64,000 nt of DNA from an uncultured Phycisphaerales bacterium (GTDB taxonomy: Bacteria > Planctomycetota > Phycisphaerae > Tepidisphaerales > Tepidisphaeraceae): the NCBI GenBank assembly GCA_963755915.1, contig CAVWLP010000002.1, forward strand, positions 4,576,001 to 4,640,000, written 5' to 3'. The notes below the pieces were generated by a model that saw only the letters and a program-made list of their open reading frames with translations, ran no database searches and was not told where the DNA came from. Positions 1 to 10,718 of this stretch are shown here, one piece after another. The translations under genes and the position numbers were made by a program. How positions within the stretch are numbered: the stretch's first letter is position 1; each line of letters opens with the position of its first letter.

Positions 1-362
1 GTTGCGGTACCGCCGCGCTGGGTGGCGAGTCGGAATTCTCCGCCGTCGCGTTGGATTTTGGTTACCGGCTCGTAGGTGTTGATCTTCAGATCGAAGAGCG
101 TCACGACCGTGCGGAGATAAGCCAGATATTGCTCGCGCGTGCATTTGGTCTGATCGGCCGTGGCCAGAGGAACGCCGGCGATGGCGATGCGCTCGTTAGA
201 GCTGAAAAATCGCGTCTGCGGGGCAAACCAGGAGATCGTGTAGCCGATTTGCTTTGCGTCGAAATGGAGGTAATCGATGCCGGCTTTCTTCAGGGCGACG
301 GCAATTTCAATGCCGACGGGGCCGGCGCCGATGACGACGACTTCAGAAACATTGGACTGCAT
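1..362 (-). CDS. NAD(P)/FAD-dependent oxidoreductase, YpdA/thioredoxin-reductase-like (5' part; runs off the window)
   Basis: Not in the ORF track. Manual translation from ATG 362: MQSNVSEVVVIGAGPVGIEIAVALKKAG...QTRFFSSNERIAIAGVP...KCTREQYLAYLRTVV. Has a GxGxxG FAD motif and the YpdA-like FFSS and TRExxLxY motifs. Confidence 0.8.
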   Translation of the reverse strand, partial: MQSNVSEVVVIGAGPVGIEIAVALKKAGIDYLHFDAKQIGYTISWFAPQTRFFSSNERIAIAGVPLATADQTKCTREQYLAYLRTVVTLFDLKINTYEPVTKIQRDGGEFRLATQRGGTA

Positions 363-480
363 TTTGGGATTGTACAGGAAAGGCAAAAAGGACGGCTGTT
401 TCCCTCGACCCTTTTGTTGTCCAGTTATATTCAGAAGACCAAATTTCCCGATCAACAGGCAGAAGGTATAATCGGGGCAT

Positions 481-693
481 ATGACGTATCGAGGCAGAAT
501 TGAGCACGGGGTGGTAGTCTTGGATCCACCGCACGCACTTCCTGAGGGAACTCAGGTTGAAGTCGTACCCGTTGGTCCGTCAAGTCAGACGCCGGGAGAA
601 GCGCTGGAGAAACTCGCCGGTAAAGCGCGAGATCTGCCCTCCGACCTTGCCGAGCGTCACGATGAATATAGGCGCAAAAAGCACGGCAAATGA
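481..693 (+). CDS. Putative type II antitoxin (DUF104/AF2212-like)
   Basis: 70 aa, YRGRIEHGVVVLDPPHALPEGTQVEV and LPSDLAERHDEY. Overlaps the PIN toxin gene by ATGA. Confidence 0.8.
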   Translation: MTYRGRIEHGVVVLDPPHALPEGTQVEVVPVGPSSQTPGEALEKLAGKARDLPSDLAERHDEYRRKKHGK

Positions 694-1085
694 CCCCCTG
701 CTTCGCGGACACATTCTTCTTTCTGGCCTTAGTCAATTCGTGGGATGCATTTCATTCAGCCGCCGTGCAGTTAAACCGTGTGAACCGGCCCATCGTGACC
801 AGCGAGTGGGTCTTACTGGAATTAGCCGATCATCTTGCCGACGCCAAAAACCCAGCCCTCTTTGGCCAGGTTCGCAGGGCGATCGTAGCCGATCCAAGAT
901 TTGAAATAATTCCGGCCGAGCAACAACTGCTCGACAGGGCCACCGCGCTATACGAAGATCGCGCGGACAAAGACTGGTCGCTAACTGATTGCACTTCATT
1001 TCTGGTGATGCAGGATCGCCAGATTTCTGAAGCGCTCACCGGCGATCGTCACTTCGAGCAGGCAGGATTCAAGCTGCTGCTTTGA
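690..1085 (+). CDS. vapC: PIN-domain VapC-family toxin
   Basis: FADTFFFLAL, SEWVLLE, WSLTDCTSF and ALTGDRHFEQAGF carry the PIN acidic residues. Confidence 0.9.
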   Translation: MTPCFADTFFFLALVNSWDAFHSAAVQLNRVNRPIVTSEWVLLELADHLADAKNPALFGQVRRAIVADPRFEIIPAEQQLLDRATALYEDRADKDWSLTDCTSFLVMQDRQISEALTGDRHFEQAGFKLLL

Positions 1086-1115
1086 GTCGAGTGGTATAAG
1101 GGCTCTTTTTAATTT

Positions 1116-1862
1116 TCACGTAATCGATCTCCCCCCGTCAATCGGAAGAATGTGGCCGGTTATGTAGGTGCCGGTCGTGGCCAGAAAATAAATCGCCTCA
1201 GCAACATCAGAGGGCGAGCCGGCCCGCGCCAGCGGTACTCGGCGGAGATATTTTTCCCGCTCATCGGGCGTGATCTGCTCGGCCCATTCCACAACCCCCG
1301 GGGCGATGCCATTTACCCGCACCTGCGGCGCCAATTCCCGGGCGAAGCCGAGTGTAAGGTTCAATAAGCCGGCCTTGCTGGCGCAGTAGTTAAGATAGCG
1401 GGGAATGGGGCGCTGGGCGTTGAGATCGACCATGTTGACCACCAGCCCCCCCGCCGCTTTCAGCATGGGCGAAAAGGCGCGCGTGAGCAGGGTCGGCGAT
1501 TCGACATGAATCGCCCAAAAACGCCGCATCTGGGCGATTGCCGCATCGGGTGCGGCGTCAGGCTCGTAAATCGAGGCGTTATGCACGAGCAGATCCAGAC
1601 GCCCAAATTTCTGCGAAATTTGCGCGAATATCTCCTCGCTCGCGGACTTCGAATCGAGCAAATCGGCCCGAATGGCAATCGCGGTTCTCCCTTTGGACCG
1701 CACCTGGTCGATCAATTCCTGGGCAAGTTTCTGATTGGTGAGGTAAGTGATGGCGATGTCGTACCCGCCCTCCGCCATTCGAAGCGCCACCGCCCGCCCG
1801 ACGCGGATCGCGCCTCCGGTTACAAGTGCCACACGATTTGGACCGGAAGAATTGGCAGCCAT
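1116..1862 (-). CDS. SDR oxidoreductase, pteridine reductase-like
   Basis: ALVTGGAIRVG, HNAS, YCASK (YxxxK), VRVNGIAPG, IDGGRS. Confidence 0.85.
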   Translation of the reverse strand: MAANSSGPNRVALVTGGAIRVGRAVALRMAEGGYDIAITYLTNQKLAQELIDQVRSKGRTAIAIRADLLDSKSASEEIFAQISQKFGRLDLLVHNASIYEPDAAPDAAIAQMRRFWAIHVESPTLLTRAFSPMLKAAGGLVVNMVDLNAQRPIPRYLNYCASKAGLLNLTLGFARELAPQVRVNGIAPGVVEWAEQITPDEREKYLRRVPLARAGSPSDVAEAIYFLATTGTYITGHILPIDGGRSIT

Positions 1863-1945
1863 TGAGGATTTCCATTGTACCACCACAAAAGGGGAATTTG
1901 CGGCTATTATGTGCCGCTCTGAAATCGCCAAAGGAGCTTTCCTGC

Positions 1946-3457
1946 ATGAGATGGATTGGGATCGCGGTGGTGTTGTGGACGGGCACGTTGCTGGCGCAGA
2001 CCGCGCCCAGCACCGAGCCGACGACGCAGGCGGATCATGCGGGCGCCGAAGACAAGGTTTCCGTCACGCACGGATCGGTGACCATCAACGGCCAGAGCGT
2101 CAATTACGAGGCCACCGCCGGCACGATGCTGATCAAAGACGACTCAGGAAAACCCAAGGCAAATTTCTTTTTTGTGTCGTACGTGAAGGAGCCGCGCGAA
2201 AAGGAGCCCAATCGCCCGATTACCTTCGTTTTTAACGGCGGCCCTGGCGCCGCGGCGGTGTGGCTACACCTCGGAGCCGCGGGACCGCGCCGGATCAGAT
2301 TAAACGACGATGGCCTTCCAGGCGCGCCGCCGCATGGACTCGTGGAAAACGATCAAAGCTGGCTGGACGTCACCGACCTTGTGTTTATTGACCCGGTGGG
2401 AACGGGGTTCAGCCGGCCGGCGGAAGGCCAGTCGGCACAACAGTTTTTCGGCGTGAAGGGGGATCTGGATTCGATCAGCGATTTCATCCGGCTCTATCTG
2501 ACCCGTCACGAGCGCTGGGACAGTCCCAAATTCCTCGCGGGAGAAAGCTATGGAACAACTCGCGCCGCAGCCCTCTCGGAGACACTGCTCGACGACAACG
2601 GCATCGACGTGAATGGAATCATCCTCATCTCGACCGTGCTCAATTTTGAGAACTTGGAACCCAGCGCCGGCAACGAATTGCCCTTCGCGCTTTACCTGCC
2701 GTCTTACACCGCGATCGCCCTCTATCATCACAAGCTTCAAACCGCCGATGAAGACAAGCTCCTGTCAGAAGTGCAGGACTACGCGCTGCACCAATATCTT
2801 CAGGATCTGGCCAAGGGCGGCGCCATCGACAAAGACGAGCGGGCCGACGTCATCGCCCATCTCGCCCGATACACCGGCCTTTCCCCCGATCTAATCGACC
2901 GCGCCAACCTGCGCATCGACCCGACCCTTTTCCGCAAGCACCTGATGGGAGACGAGCGCGAAATCCTTGGCCGGTTCAACGCGCGAATCACCGGCCCCGA
3001 CCCCAATCCCGCCTGGGACGGCCGCGACATGTACGACCCGAGCCTTTCGCTGTTTCTGCCGGTTTACACCAGCACGTTCAACGACTACGTGCGCCGGGTG
3101 CTGAAATACGATTCGGACCTCAGATACGGCGTGCTCAACGAAGTCGGCCCGTGGGATTTTGGCAAAAGTGGCATGGGGTATCTGGACGTTTCCGACTCAC
3201 TGCGCTCGGCAATGATGGAGAACCCGCACCTCAAGGTGCTGGTCTGCAGCGGCTACGAAGACCTGGCCACGCCATTCCTCGCCACGAAATTCACCTTCGA
3301 CCATCTGGATCTTCTGGACCGGCTGCGGCCCAACATCACGCAGACGTTTTATCACAGCGGGCACATGATCTATCACGACCCCACGTCGCTGCGCGAGCTC
3401 AAGCAAAACATCGCCAACTTCATCACGGGCACGGTTGGCTCCGCCACTCACCCGTAA
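1946..3457 (+). CDS. Secreted S10-family serine carboxypeptidase
   Basis: Signal peptide; FNGGPG, FIDPVGTGFS, nucleophile motif GESYG, DLATP, GHMIY. SD AGGAG upstream of ATG 1946. Confidence 0.9.
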   Translation: MRWIGIAVVLWTGTLLAQTAPSTEPTTQADHAGAEDKVSVTHGSVTINGQSVNYEATAGTMLIKDDSGKPKANFFFVSYVKEPREKEPNRPITFVFNGGPGAAAVWLHLGAAGPRRIRLNDDGLPGAPPHGLVENDQSWLDVTDLVFIDPVGTGFSRPAEGQSAQQFFGVKGDLDSISDFIRLYLTRHERWDSPKFLAGESYGTTRAAALSETLLDDNGIDVNGIILISTVLNFENLEPSAGNELPFALYLPSYTAIALYHHKLQTADEDKLLSEVQDYALHQYLQDLAKGGAIDKDERADVIAHLARYTGLSPDLIDRANLRIDPTLFRKHLMGDEREILGRFNARITGPDPNPAWDGRDMYDPSLSLFLPVYTSTFNDYVRRVLKYDSDLRYGVLNEVGPWDFGKSGMGYLDVSDSLRSAMMENPHLKVLVCSGYEDLATPFLATKFTFDHLDLLDRLRPNITQTFYHSGHMIYHDPTSLRELKQNIANFITGTVGSATHP

Positions 3458-4056
3458 TGTCGCAACCGCCCGGGCAATTTCCGGTCCTGCGGCTCTTTCG
3501 TGCCGACCGGCGCAGCACGCTTCAGAGCCTGCAAACCGCCGTCCTTTACGCGGGACAGCTTGTGCTCTGCTCGATCGTCATACTAAAGGGGTTCTACATC
3601 GAAGGCTCGTCCGCCTCGGTCTGGGCCGTAGTGGCGGCCGCCAACGTCATCCAGCCGGCCATGCAGCAGACGATCTCCGCTTCGTGCGTGCAGATCGCGG
3701 CCAATATTGTCGGCGCAACGGCAGGCATCATCATCGACCACTTTTACGGCGACGGCATCTGGCAATTCTGCCTGGCGCTGATCCTGGTGGTCTTTATCTG
3801 CGAATTGATCAAGCTCGACGAGGGATTGCGAACCGCCTGCACGAGCCTGGCCGTTATTATGATCATGAGCGAGGGCCTTGCGAAAAGTAACGGGGTCCAG
3901 CGCCTGATCGCGGTTGTCGCCGGGTGCATCACGGCGGCGATCATCCAGGTTCTTGCCGAGCTTGTAAGGACAAAAGTCCTCGGCTGGAAAGCGCCGGATT
4001 TTCCAGCGACCAATCCCCTGGAAAGCCCCGCAGTCGAAGCAAAACGGCCCGAGTGA
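3457..4056 (+). CDS. FUSC/aromatic-acid-exporter-like membrane protein
   Basis: About 199 aa with several TM helices; WAVVAAANVIQP...ANIVGATAG pattern. Coupled to the upstream gene by TAATG. Confidence 0.65.
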   Translation: MSQPPGQFPVLRLFRADRRSTLQSLQTAVLYAGQLVLCSIVILKGFYIEGSSASVWAVVAAANVIQPAMQQTISASCVQIAANIVGATAGIIIDHFYGDGIWQFCLALILVVFICELIKLDEGLRTACTSLAVIMIMSEGLAKSNGVQRLIAVVAGCITAAIIQVLAELVRTKVLGWKAPDFPATNPLESPAVEAKRPE

Positions 4057-4076
4057 CATTCAAACATTTTGGCGGC

Positions 4077-5718
4077 ATGATGGAGGCGAGAGGATTCTCA
4101 ATTAGATTTTTTGCCCCTTCACTATCTTTTTCCCTGTTACTGGTAACACGAATGACATTCGCTGCAACCGTTTCCGCCCCCTGGTCCCCCGACAACGGCG
4201 ACGGGACCTATTCCAATCCGATCATCTTCGCCGACTATTCCGATCCCGATGTCATCCGCGTCGGCGATGATTTCTATCTCACCAGCTCCAGCTTCAGTTG
4301 CTTTCCGGGCCTTCCCATCCTGCACTCGCGCGATCTCGTGAACTGGACCATCATCGGCCACGCGATCCAGAAATATCCGGTGGAGCAGTTTGCCCTTCCC
4401 CAGCACGGCTGCGGCGTCTGGGCGCCCGCCATTCGATATCACGACGGCCTTTTCTTCATCTACTTCGGCGACCCGGATTACGGCGTCTTCATGGCCCGCG
4501 CAAGAATCCGGCCGGGCCATGGGACCCGCTGGTGCGCGTGAAGGACTCCAAGGGCTGGATCGACACCTGCCCCTTTTGGGACGACGATGGCAAGGCCTAT
4601 CTGATCCACGCCTTCGCCGGTTCCCGGGCGGGCGTGAAAAATATTCTCCACGTCAACCAGATGACCCCCGACGGCACCCGCCTGCTCGACGACGGCAAAC
4701 TTGTCGTCGACGGCGACGCCTCCAATTTTACCACCCTGGAAGGCCCCAAGCTCTACAAACGCAATGGATATTACTATATTTTCGCCCCCGGGGGCGGTGT
4801 GGCGCAGGGGTATCAGATCGTCTTTCGCGCAAAAATATCTATGGCCCCTACGATTCGCGCGTCGTCCTGGCGCAGGGCGATACGCCCGTAAACGGCCCGC
4901 ATCAGGGCGGATGGGTGCAGACGCAATCCGGGCAGGACTGGTTCATCCATTTTCAGGAGGTGCTGCCTTACGGGCGCATCGTTCATTTGCAGCCGATGCG
5001 ATGGGTGGACGATTGGCCGGTCATGGGAATTGACGGGAACCCCGTCACCACTTTCAAAAAGCCCGATGTCGGCCGAAATTGGCCTGTCGCGGTTCCGCAG
5101 ACCAGCGACGAATTCGATTCGCCGACGCTCGGGCTGCAATGGCAATGGTGGGCGAACTATCGGGACGATTGGTATTCCCTCGCCGCCCGGCCCGGATTTC
5201 TGCGCCTCAAGGCCCTCACATTTCCAGCCTCCCTTCCCCTCTTCGATCATCCCAACCTGCTGCTTCAGAAATTCCCCGCCGAGCGTTTCACAGCCACGGC
5301 AAGCCTTGATCTGTCCGGATTAACCACCGGCAACCGCGCCGGCCTCGTCGTCGCGGGGATGCGGATGGCGGCACTACAGGTCGAGAAAGATTCCGCCGGC
5401 TTCAAAATCTTCCGCACCAGCTCCATGAGCGAGCGCCCGCACGGATTTCGCGGCCATCCAACCACCGGGCCGCAAAACGAGGAAGCGGAGGCGACCGTTC
5501 CCGGCCCACAGGTTTTCCTGCGTCTGCATGTTGAACCCGGCGGCCAATGCGCCTTCAGCTTTAGCTCCGACGGCCGAAATTTCACCGCTTTGGGGGACGA
5601 TTTCCATGCCGTAAACGATCTGTGGATCGGCGCCAAGGTCGGCCTCTTCTGCAACGCGCCGCCCGGCAAACCCTCCGGCGGCTACGCCGACATCGACTGG
5701 TTTCGAATCGGTCCGTGA
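4077..5718 (+). CDS. GH43 beta-xylosidase/arabinofuranosidase (two frameshifts, near 4500 and 4830)
   Basis: NPIIFADYSDPDVIRVGDDFY, WAPAIRYHDG, IDTCPFWDDDG, EGPKLYKRNGYYY and GPHQGGWV, plus a C-terminal beta-sandwich, spread over three frames. Confidence 0.88.
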
Positions 5719-5727
5719 GATGTGAAC

Positions 5728-7784
5728 ATGGCCGAGGCCAATCTCTCTCAATTGATGCAGTCCGCCGTCCGGCTCCAGCTCCAGGGCAAGCTCCCCGAAG
5801 CCCGCGACGCCTACGAGCAAATCCTCGCGCGCGACCCCCATAACTCCGAAGCGATGAATCTGCTCGGCGTGATCTATTGCAGCCTCGGCGAGCGGAATCG
5901 CGGGCTGGCGCTCATCAATAAATCCATCGCGCTGGAACCCAACAATGCCCAGCGCTACTGCAATCTCGCCTACGCACACTGCCAGTTAGGAGAATTCGAT
6001 CAGGCGATCTCGGCTTATGGAAAGGCCTTGGAACTGAAGCCCGATTTTTTCGAAGCGCACTATTCCCTCGGACTGGCGCTCTTCCGCATTGGGCAAACCG
6101 ATTCCGCGATCACCCACTATCGCGCCGCGCTGTCCATCCGATCCGGCGCGTTCAATGCCTGCCACGAGCTGGGCGTCGCCCTGCGGCAGCAGGGAAAACT
6201 CGATGAATCGATCGCCGTTTTGCGGGAGGCAATCGACAAGCGCCTTAGACGCATCAAGACACTGGAAGATCAAGCGAAAACCCTGCGCGATCGCGGCCAA
6301 CTGAATGAATCGGACGAAGCGTCAAAAGCCGCGGTAGGCGCCGCTCCCGGGCTCGCTTCCGCCTATAACACTCTCGGCGCATCACTCGTCGCCAAGGGCA
6401 ATCTCGACGAGGCGCTGCATGCGATTCGGAAGAGCATCGAGATTTCACCAAATGATGCCGCCTATCGCTGCAACCTCGCCAGCGTGCTCAAAGACACGGG
6501 CCAAATCGAGCAGGCCGAGAAATCCTACGCCGCGGCCATCGCACTCGATCCGGAAAATCCGGTCATTCACAGCAATTGGCTCTACGTCATGCACTTTCAC
6601 CCCGATTACGACGCAGCGAAAATCCTCGCCGAAGCGCGGCAGTGGAACGCGCGGCACGCCGTTCCCCTCGCAAGTCACCGGAAGGCCCATGAAAACGATC
6701 GATCTCCCGATCGCCCGCTGCGAATCGGCTTCGTCTCCCCCGATTTCCGTTCTCACGCGGTCGGCCGCTCCCTCTTGGCCCTGATGCGCCATCACGATCG
6801 CGCCCAATTCCAGTTCTACTGCTTTAGCGACGTCGCCCATCCTGATTCGATCACCACGGATTTGAAGAATCTCAGCGAACACTGGCGGCAAACCTACGGC
6901 TTCTCCCACGCCCGCCTATGCGAAACCATTCGCCAGGACCGGATCGACATCCTTTTCGATCTGACCCTTCACATGAACGGCAACCGGATGCTCGCCTTCG
7001 CCGCGAAACCCGCGCCGGTGCAAATCACCTGGGCCGGATATCCCGGCACCACCTGCCTGGACACAATGGATTATCGCCTCACCGATCCCCATCTCGATCC
7101 CCCGGGCGAAACCGATCTATATTATTCGGAACGATCGCTGCGCCTGCCGGCAAGCTTTTGGTGCCTCGACGAACAAACTTTGGACAGTCCCCACACCCCG
7201 GCAGTCAGCCCGCTGCCCGCATTGCAGAATAGCCGGATAAATTTCGGCTGCCTGAACAATTTCGCGAAGGTCAACCAGAAGACGCTGAACCTTTGGCGCA
7301 CGGTGCTCGATGCCGTCGCAAATTCACGCCTGATCGTCCTCGCGCCGCCGGGAAGCGCACGCGATTGGTTCCGCAAATCTCTCGGCGAACGCGTGGAGTT
7401 TGTCCAGCGCCAGCCGCAGGAAGCGTACCTGAAAGCCTATAACGACATCGACATCGGCCTCGACACATTCCCCTACACCGGCCATATGACAACCCTCGAT
7501 TCGCTTTGGATGGGCGTCCCGGTCGTATCCCTCACCGGCAACACCGCCGTCAGTCGGGGCGGCGCCAGCATTCTTCGCAATCTCACGCTGCCGGATCTGG
7601 TCGCGTCGAGCCAGGATCAGTTCGCGACGATCGCGACCGGACTGGCTGAAGATCTCCCGCGCTTACCGCGCTGCGCGATTCAATGCGCCAGCGAATGCGC
7701 GGGTCTCCCCTAATGGACGGACCCTCCTTCGCGCGCGATTTCCAATCGATTCTCCGCCAGGCGTGGAGGGATTGGTGCGCCTGA
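5728..7784 (+). CDS. TPR-containing O-GlcNAc-transferase/SPINDLY-like protein (GT41); frameshift near 7665
   Basis: N-terminal TPRs; LRIGFVSPDFRSHAVG, PAPVQITWAGYPGTT, FGCLNNFAK, LDTFPYTGHMTTLDSLWMGVPV. The C-terminus SPLMDGPSFARDF...AWRDWCA is in the shifted frame. Confidence 0.88.
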
Positions 7785-7843
7785 ACTATAGAGTCCGCGG
7801 CGCGGCCAGTGTCATCCCGGAAATGCGCGGTAGAATAATCGAC

Positions 7844-8641
7844 ATGAAGCCGGCAATTATTCTAATCGCGTGCGCTTTGGGCCTGATCGCCTCCCCGCTG
7901 AAAGCCGATGATGCGCCCACAACGCGTCCGGCGATTTACGTCGACCACACCGACCTGCTCAAACTCCACTGGCAGCTCGCCGCGATCGGTTCCAGCTTCG
8001 CGGATCGATCAACCTTTCAAATGATCGATCTCCTGCATTCGTTGACCGTGCATCATATCGAGCTATCCCCCGCGCAGATTCCTTCGCCCGATGCGGTTGA
8101 CGCGCTGGTGGCCAAACTGAAATCGGTTCACATGGGCGTCGTCAGCATCGGACCGGTGGATTTGACCGCGTCGGAAGCGGACGACCGAAAACTATTCTCT
8201 GCCGGCAGGCAATTGAAAATAAAAACCATTGTCGCGAACGCGACCGATGATTCGCTGGATTTACTGGATCGATTGGCCAACGAATATTCGATCAACGTCG
8301 CGATCTTGAATGTGTCGAGGCCGGCGGCCGCGTTGATCGGTGACGTTTCGGAGCACTCCAGCCGCATTGGAATCTGCGCGGATGTCGCTGGGTGGCAGCA
8401 GTCCGGGTACTTACTGTCTTACCGTGCCCAACTGCTCCGCGGGCATATTCTGGAAGTGCGTTTCGGAGACCTGCCGGATAAGGATGGGGCGGATCTTCTG
8501 GCGGAATTGAAGTCCGATGGATTCCAGGGGATCTGTGCCGTCGGATGCAAGGCGGGCGAAGGAACGGATCCGACGGCGGATTTTATTCGAAACGAGAATG
8601 CGTTCTCGAATATCGTGGGGGATTTAAGTGGATCCAAATAG
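7844..8641 (+). CDS. Secreted xylose-isomerase-like TIM-barrel protein (degenerate metal motifs)
   Basis: Signal peptide MKPAIILIACALG; LDLLDRLANEYSINVAI...IGICAD pattern of the sugar-phosphate isomerase/epimerase fold. Confidence 0.6.
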   Translation: MKPAIILIACALGLIASPLKADDAPTTRPAIYVDHTDLLKLHWQLAAIGSSFADRSTFQMIDLLHSLTVHHIELSPAQIPSPDAVDALVAKLKSVHMGVVSIGPVDLTASEADDRKLFSAGRQLKIKTIVANATDDSLDLLDRLANEYSINVAILNVSRPAAALIGDVSEHSSRIGICADVAGWQQSGYLLSYRAQLLRGHILEVRFGDLPDKDGADLLAELKSDGFQGICAVGCKAGEGTDPTADFIRNENAFSNIVGDLSGSK

Positions 8642-9251
8642 CGACAAGCCCGTCGATCGCCGCCGATTTTTCCGCATGGGATTGTCAGAGCTTCTGCGTC
8701 CCCTGGCCTCCGCGGCAAAACCGCTGGAGCGGATGGCGCGGGAAATCGGCAAGCTCGATCAGCCGGCGCCAACTCGCCCCCAAGTCTGGCTGCGCCCGCC
8801 CGGTTCTCTGCCGGAGGCGAAGTTCCGCGAAACCTGCACCCGCAGCGGCGATTGCGTGCGGGTCTGCCCCGCTAAGGCGATTCGACTCGAGCCCGGCAAG
8901 GCGAACGGAGTTCCCTATATCGACGCCGACGCCGCGGCCTGCGTGGTCTGCACCGGCCTTCAATGCATGTCCGCCTGCCCAAGCGGCGCACTTAAGCCAA
9001 CCTCCATCAACGACATCGACATGGGCACAGCCGTCTGGCATTCGGCGAGCTGCCTGCGAACCAGCGGCGAAGAATGCACGATCTGCGTCGACAAATGCCC
9101 CCTCGGTTCGGCGGCCATCGAATTGAAATTCGGCCAGATCGCGGTGAAGCCGCTGGGCTGCATCGGGTGCGGCGTGTGTCAGCTTGAGTGTCCGACATCG
9201 CCGAAGAGCATTACGGTAATCCCCATCGCTGCGAAGATGGCGGGGAGATGA
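8628..9251 (+). CDS. NapG/MauM/NapF-like 4Fe-4S polyferredoxin
   Basis: DRRRFF, LRPPG and four Cys clusters: CTRSGDCVRVCP, CVVC-CMSACP, CTICVDKCP, CIGCGVCQLECP. Confidence 0.82.
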   Translation: MDPNSDKPVDRRRFFRMGLSELLRPLASAAKPLERMAREIGKLDQPAPTRPQVWLRPPGSLPEAKFRETCTRSGDCVRVCPAKAIRLEPGKANGVPYIDADAAACVVCTGLQCMSACPSGALKPTSINDIDMGTAVWHSASCLRTSGEECTICVDKCPLGSAAIELKFGQIAVKPLGCIGCGVCQLECPTSPKSITVIPIAAKMAGR

Positions 9252-10158
9252 CGGAAATTGACGCGATGGGGACATCCTTCGGAAATCCTTCGGATTTGCT
9301 CGGGCGGCGGCGGAAAGTCAACATGCCGGCGGCGAAGAGGATGCCTAGCGATGCTGGCTCGGGCACAGGCGCTACGGCGGTAATGCCGTAGATGAGGCCC
9401 CCTCCCGGGCTGACACTGTCTGAGGTATTGTCAAACTCGAATTGGATTTGCGTCAGCGTATCTGCAGCCAGAGTGGGATCGAGCGTGAAACTCAACTCGG
9501 TGATGTCATAGTTTCCAATATGGCCGTTCGTGGAATCGGTGCCATATGCTCCTCCTTGATCGTCGACTTTGAAGAGAGTCTGGTCGGCCTCGTCGTTCGT
9601 AAACTGGTTGGTCATCGTCTCATTTATCGAGGTGTTTTGTCCGTCCCCGTTGTAGTAATCCGGCAGATTGGCTGCCTGGAAAGTCTCCATGTCGGTTCCC
9701 CCGCCGGCCCTGGTTCCAGTGAATGTTGCCGTGAATGTGCCACCGATTCCTCCCGGGTCTGAACTATCGAAGGAGCTGACAATCGCATAAACAGACGTCG
9801 CGCCCGGGAGGGATGGCGAAACGGACAAAGTCGAACCACCGGAAACTACAGCGAAGTCATTTCCGTTGCCATCAGCGGAGATTTGGAAGTCGATGCCGTT
9901 GTTTACCAGATTGGAATTGTTGTCAAAATTCGGAGCGTAACTCGGCTCTGGACTCGGCGAACCCGTTGGGGGGACAAAGAGAAATGGCGATCCGCCATGG
10001 GTATTGGGAAACTGTTCGTTGAGTTGGGTATAAATGTTGTCAGACTTGGTAAAGTTCGTGATATAGATCTGATCGGCCGCGGCAGGCATAGCGAATCCAA
10101 GTACGAGCATCCACAGAAATGACGACCAAGTCCGACGGAATGTGAAGTCAAAGCCCAT
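9211..10158 (-). CDS. PEP-CTERM sorting-domain protein
   Basis: Signal peptide; body rich in S/T/N/D/G; C-terminal VPEPASLGILFAAGMLTFRRR. GC is lower than in the neighbouring genes. Confidence 0.85.
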   Translation of the reverse strand: MGFDFTFRRTWSSFLWMLVLGFAMPAAADQIYITNFTKSDNIYTQLNEQFPNTHGGSPFLFVPPTGSPSPEPSYAPNFDNNSNLVNNGIDFQISADGNGNDFAVVSGGSTLSVSPSLPGATSVYAIVSSFDSSDPGGIGGTFTATFTGTRAGGGTDMETFQAANLPDYYNGDGQNTSINETMTNQFTNDEADQTLFKVDDQGGAYGTDSTNGHIGNYDITELSFTLDPTLAADTLTQIQFEFDNTSDSVSPGGGLIYGITAVAPVPEPASLGILFAAGMLTFRRRPSKSEGFPKDVPIASISVISPPSSQRWGLP

Positions 10159-10522
10159 ATAAATTTTCCCAACCTTCGATCAGATAATCACCAAATATTC
10201 CTGAACCTCTGATACCGGTTCGCCAGGATTCAGGCGCGCCTCTCAAGAGAGAATATAAATTTCATATATTTAGAAAACATTCATTCTGTCTCGAACACCT
10301 CGCGGTCCCTGGGATGTCAGCCTTGACTCTTTGACTCCCGTGCCCCGTCTAAGGCGCCACTACGCGGCATCGAGACGGCCGCGCCGGAGCTTGATAAGAG
10401 ATTCCTGAAAAGATCAATGGCGATGACCTCGCCACGGGTCTACGAAAGAATCCCGTTAATCTCTGGTTTTTGTCGTTGGCAAAATATCAACTTTCTGGTC
10501 GTTTCCAAGCATTTCTTTATCA

Positions 10523-10538
10523 AGCACTTTGCGCGCCG
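10523..10538 (-). promoter_or_regulatory. Candidate sigma-54 (-24/-12) promoter for the PEP-CTERM gene
   Basis: Minus strand CGGCGCGCAAAGTGCT, with exact GG-N10-GC spacing. Confidence 0.35.
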
Positions 10539-10718
10539 GCGCTGGATATTTTCAATTCGCGCAGCCGATCGGGCCTATTGAGCGCAATTTTGGGGTCAAA
10601 ACAGATTTGGCGCATCGTGGCAGGCATCATCCTTTGCGACAAACCGCTTCGCGAAAAAAGTCTATAAATTTGCTCGAATTTGGTCAGCGGTAAATGGCGA
10701 CCCGCACACAACAACGTT

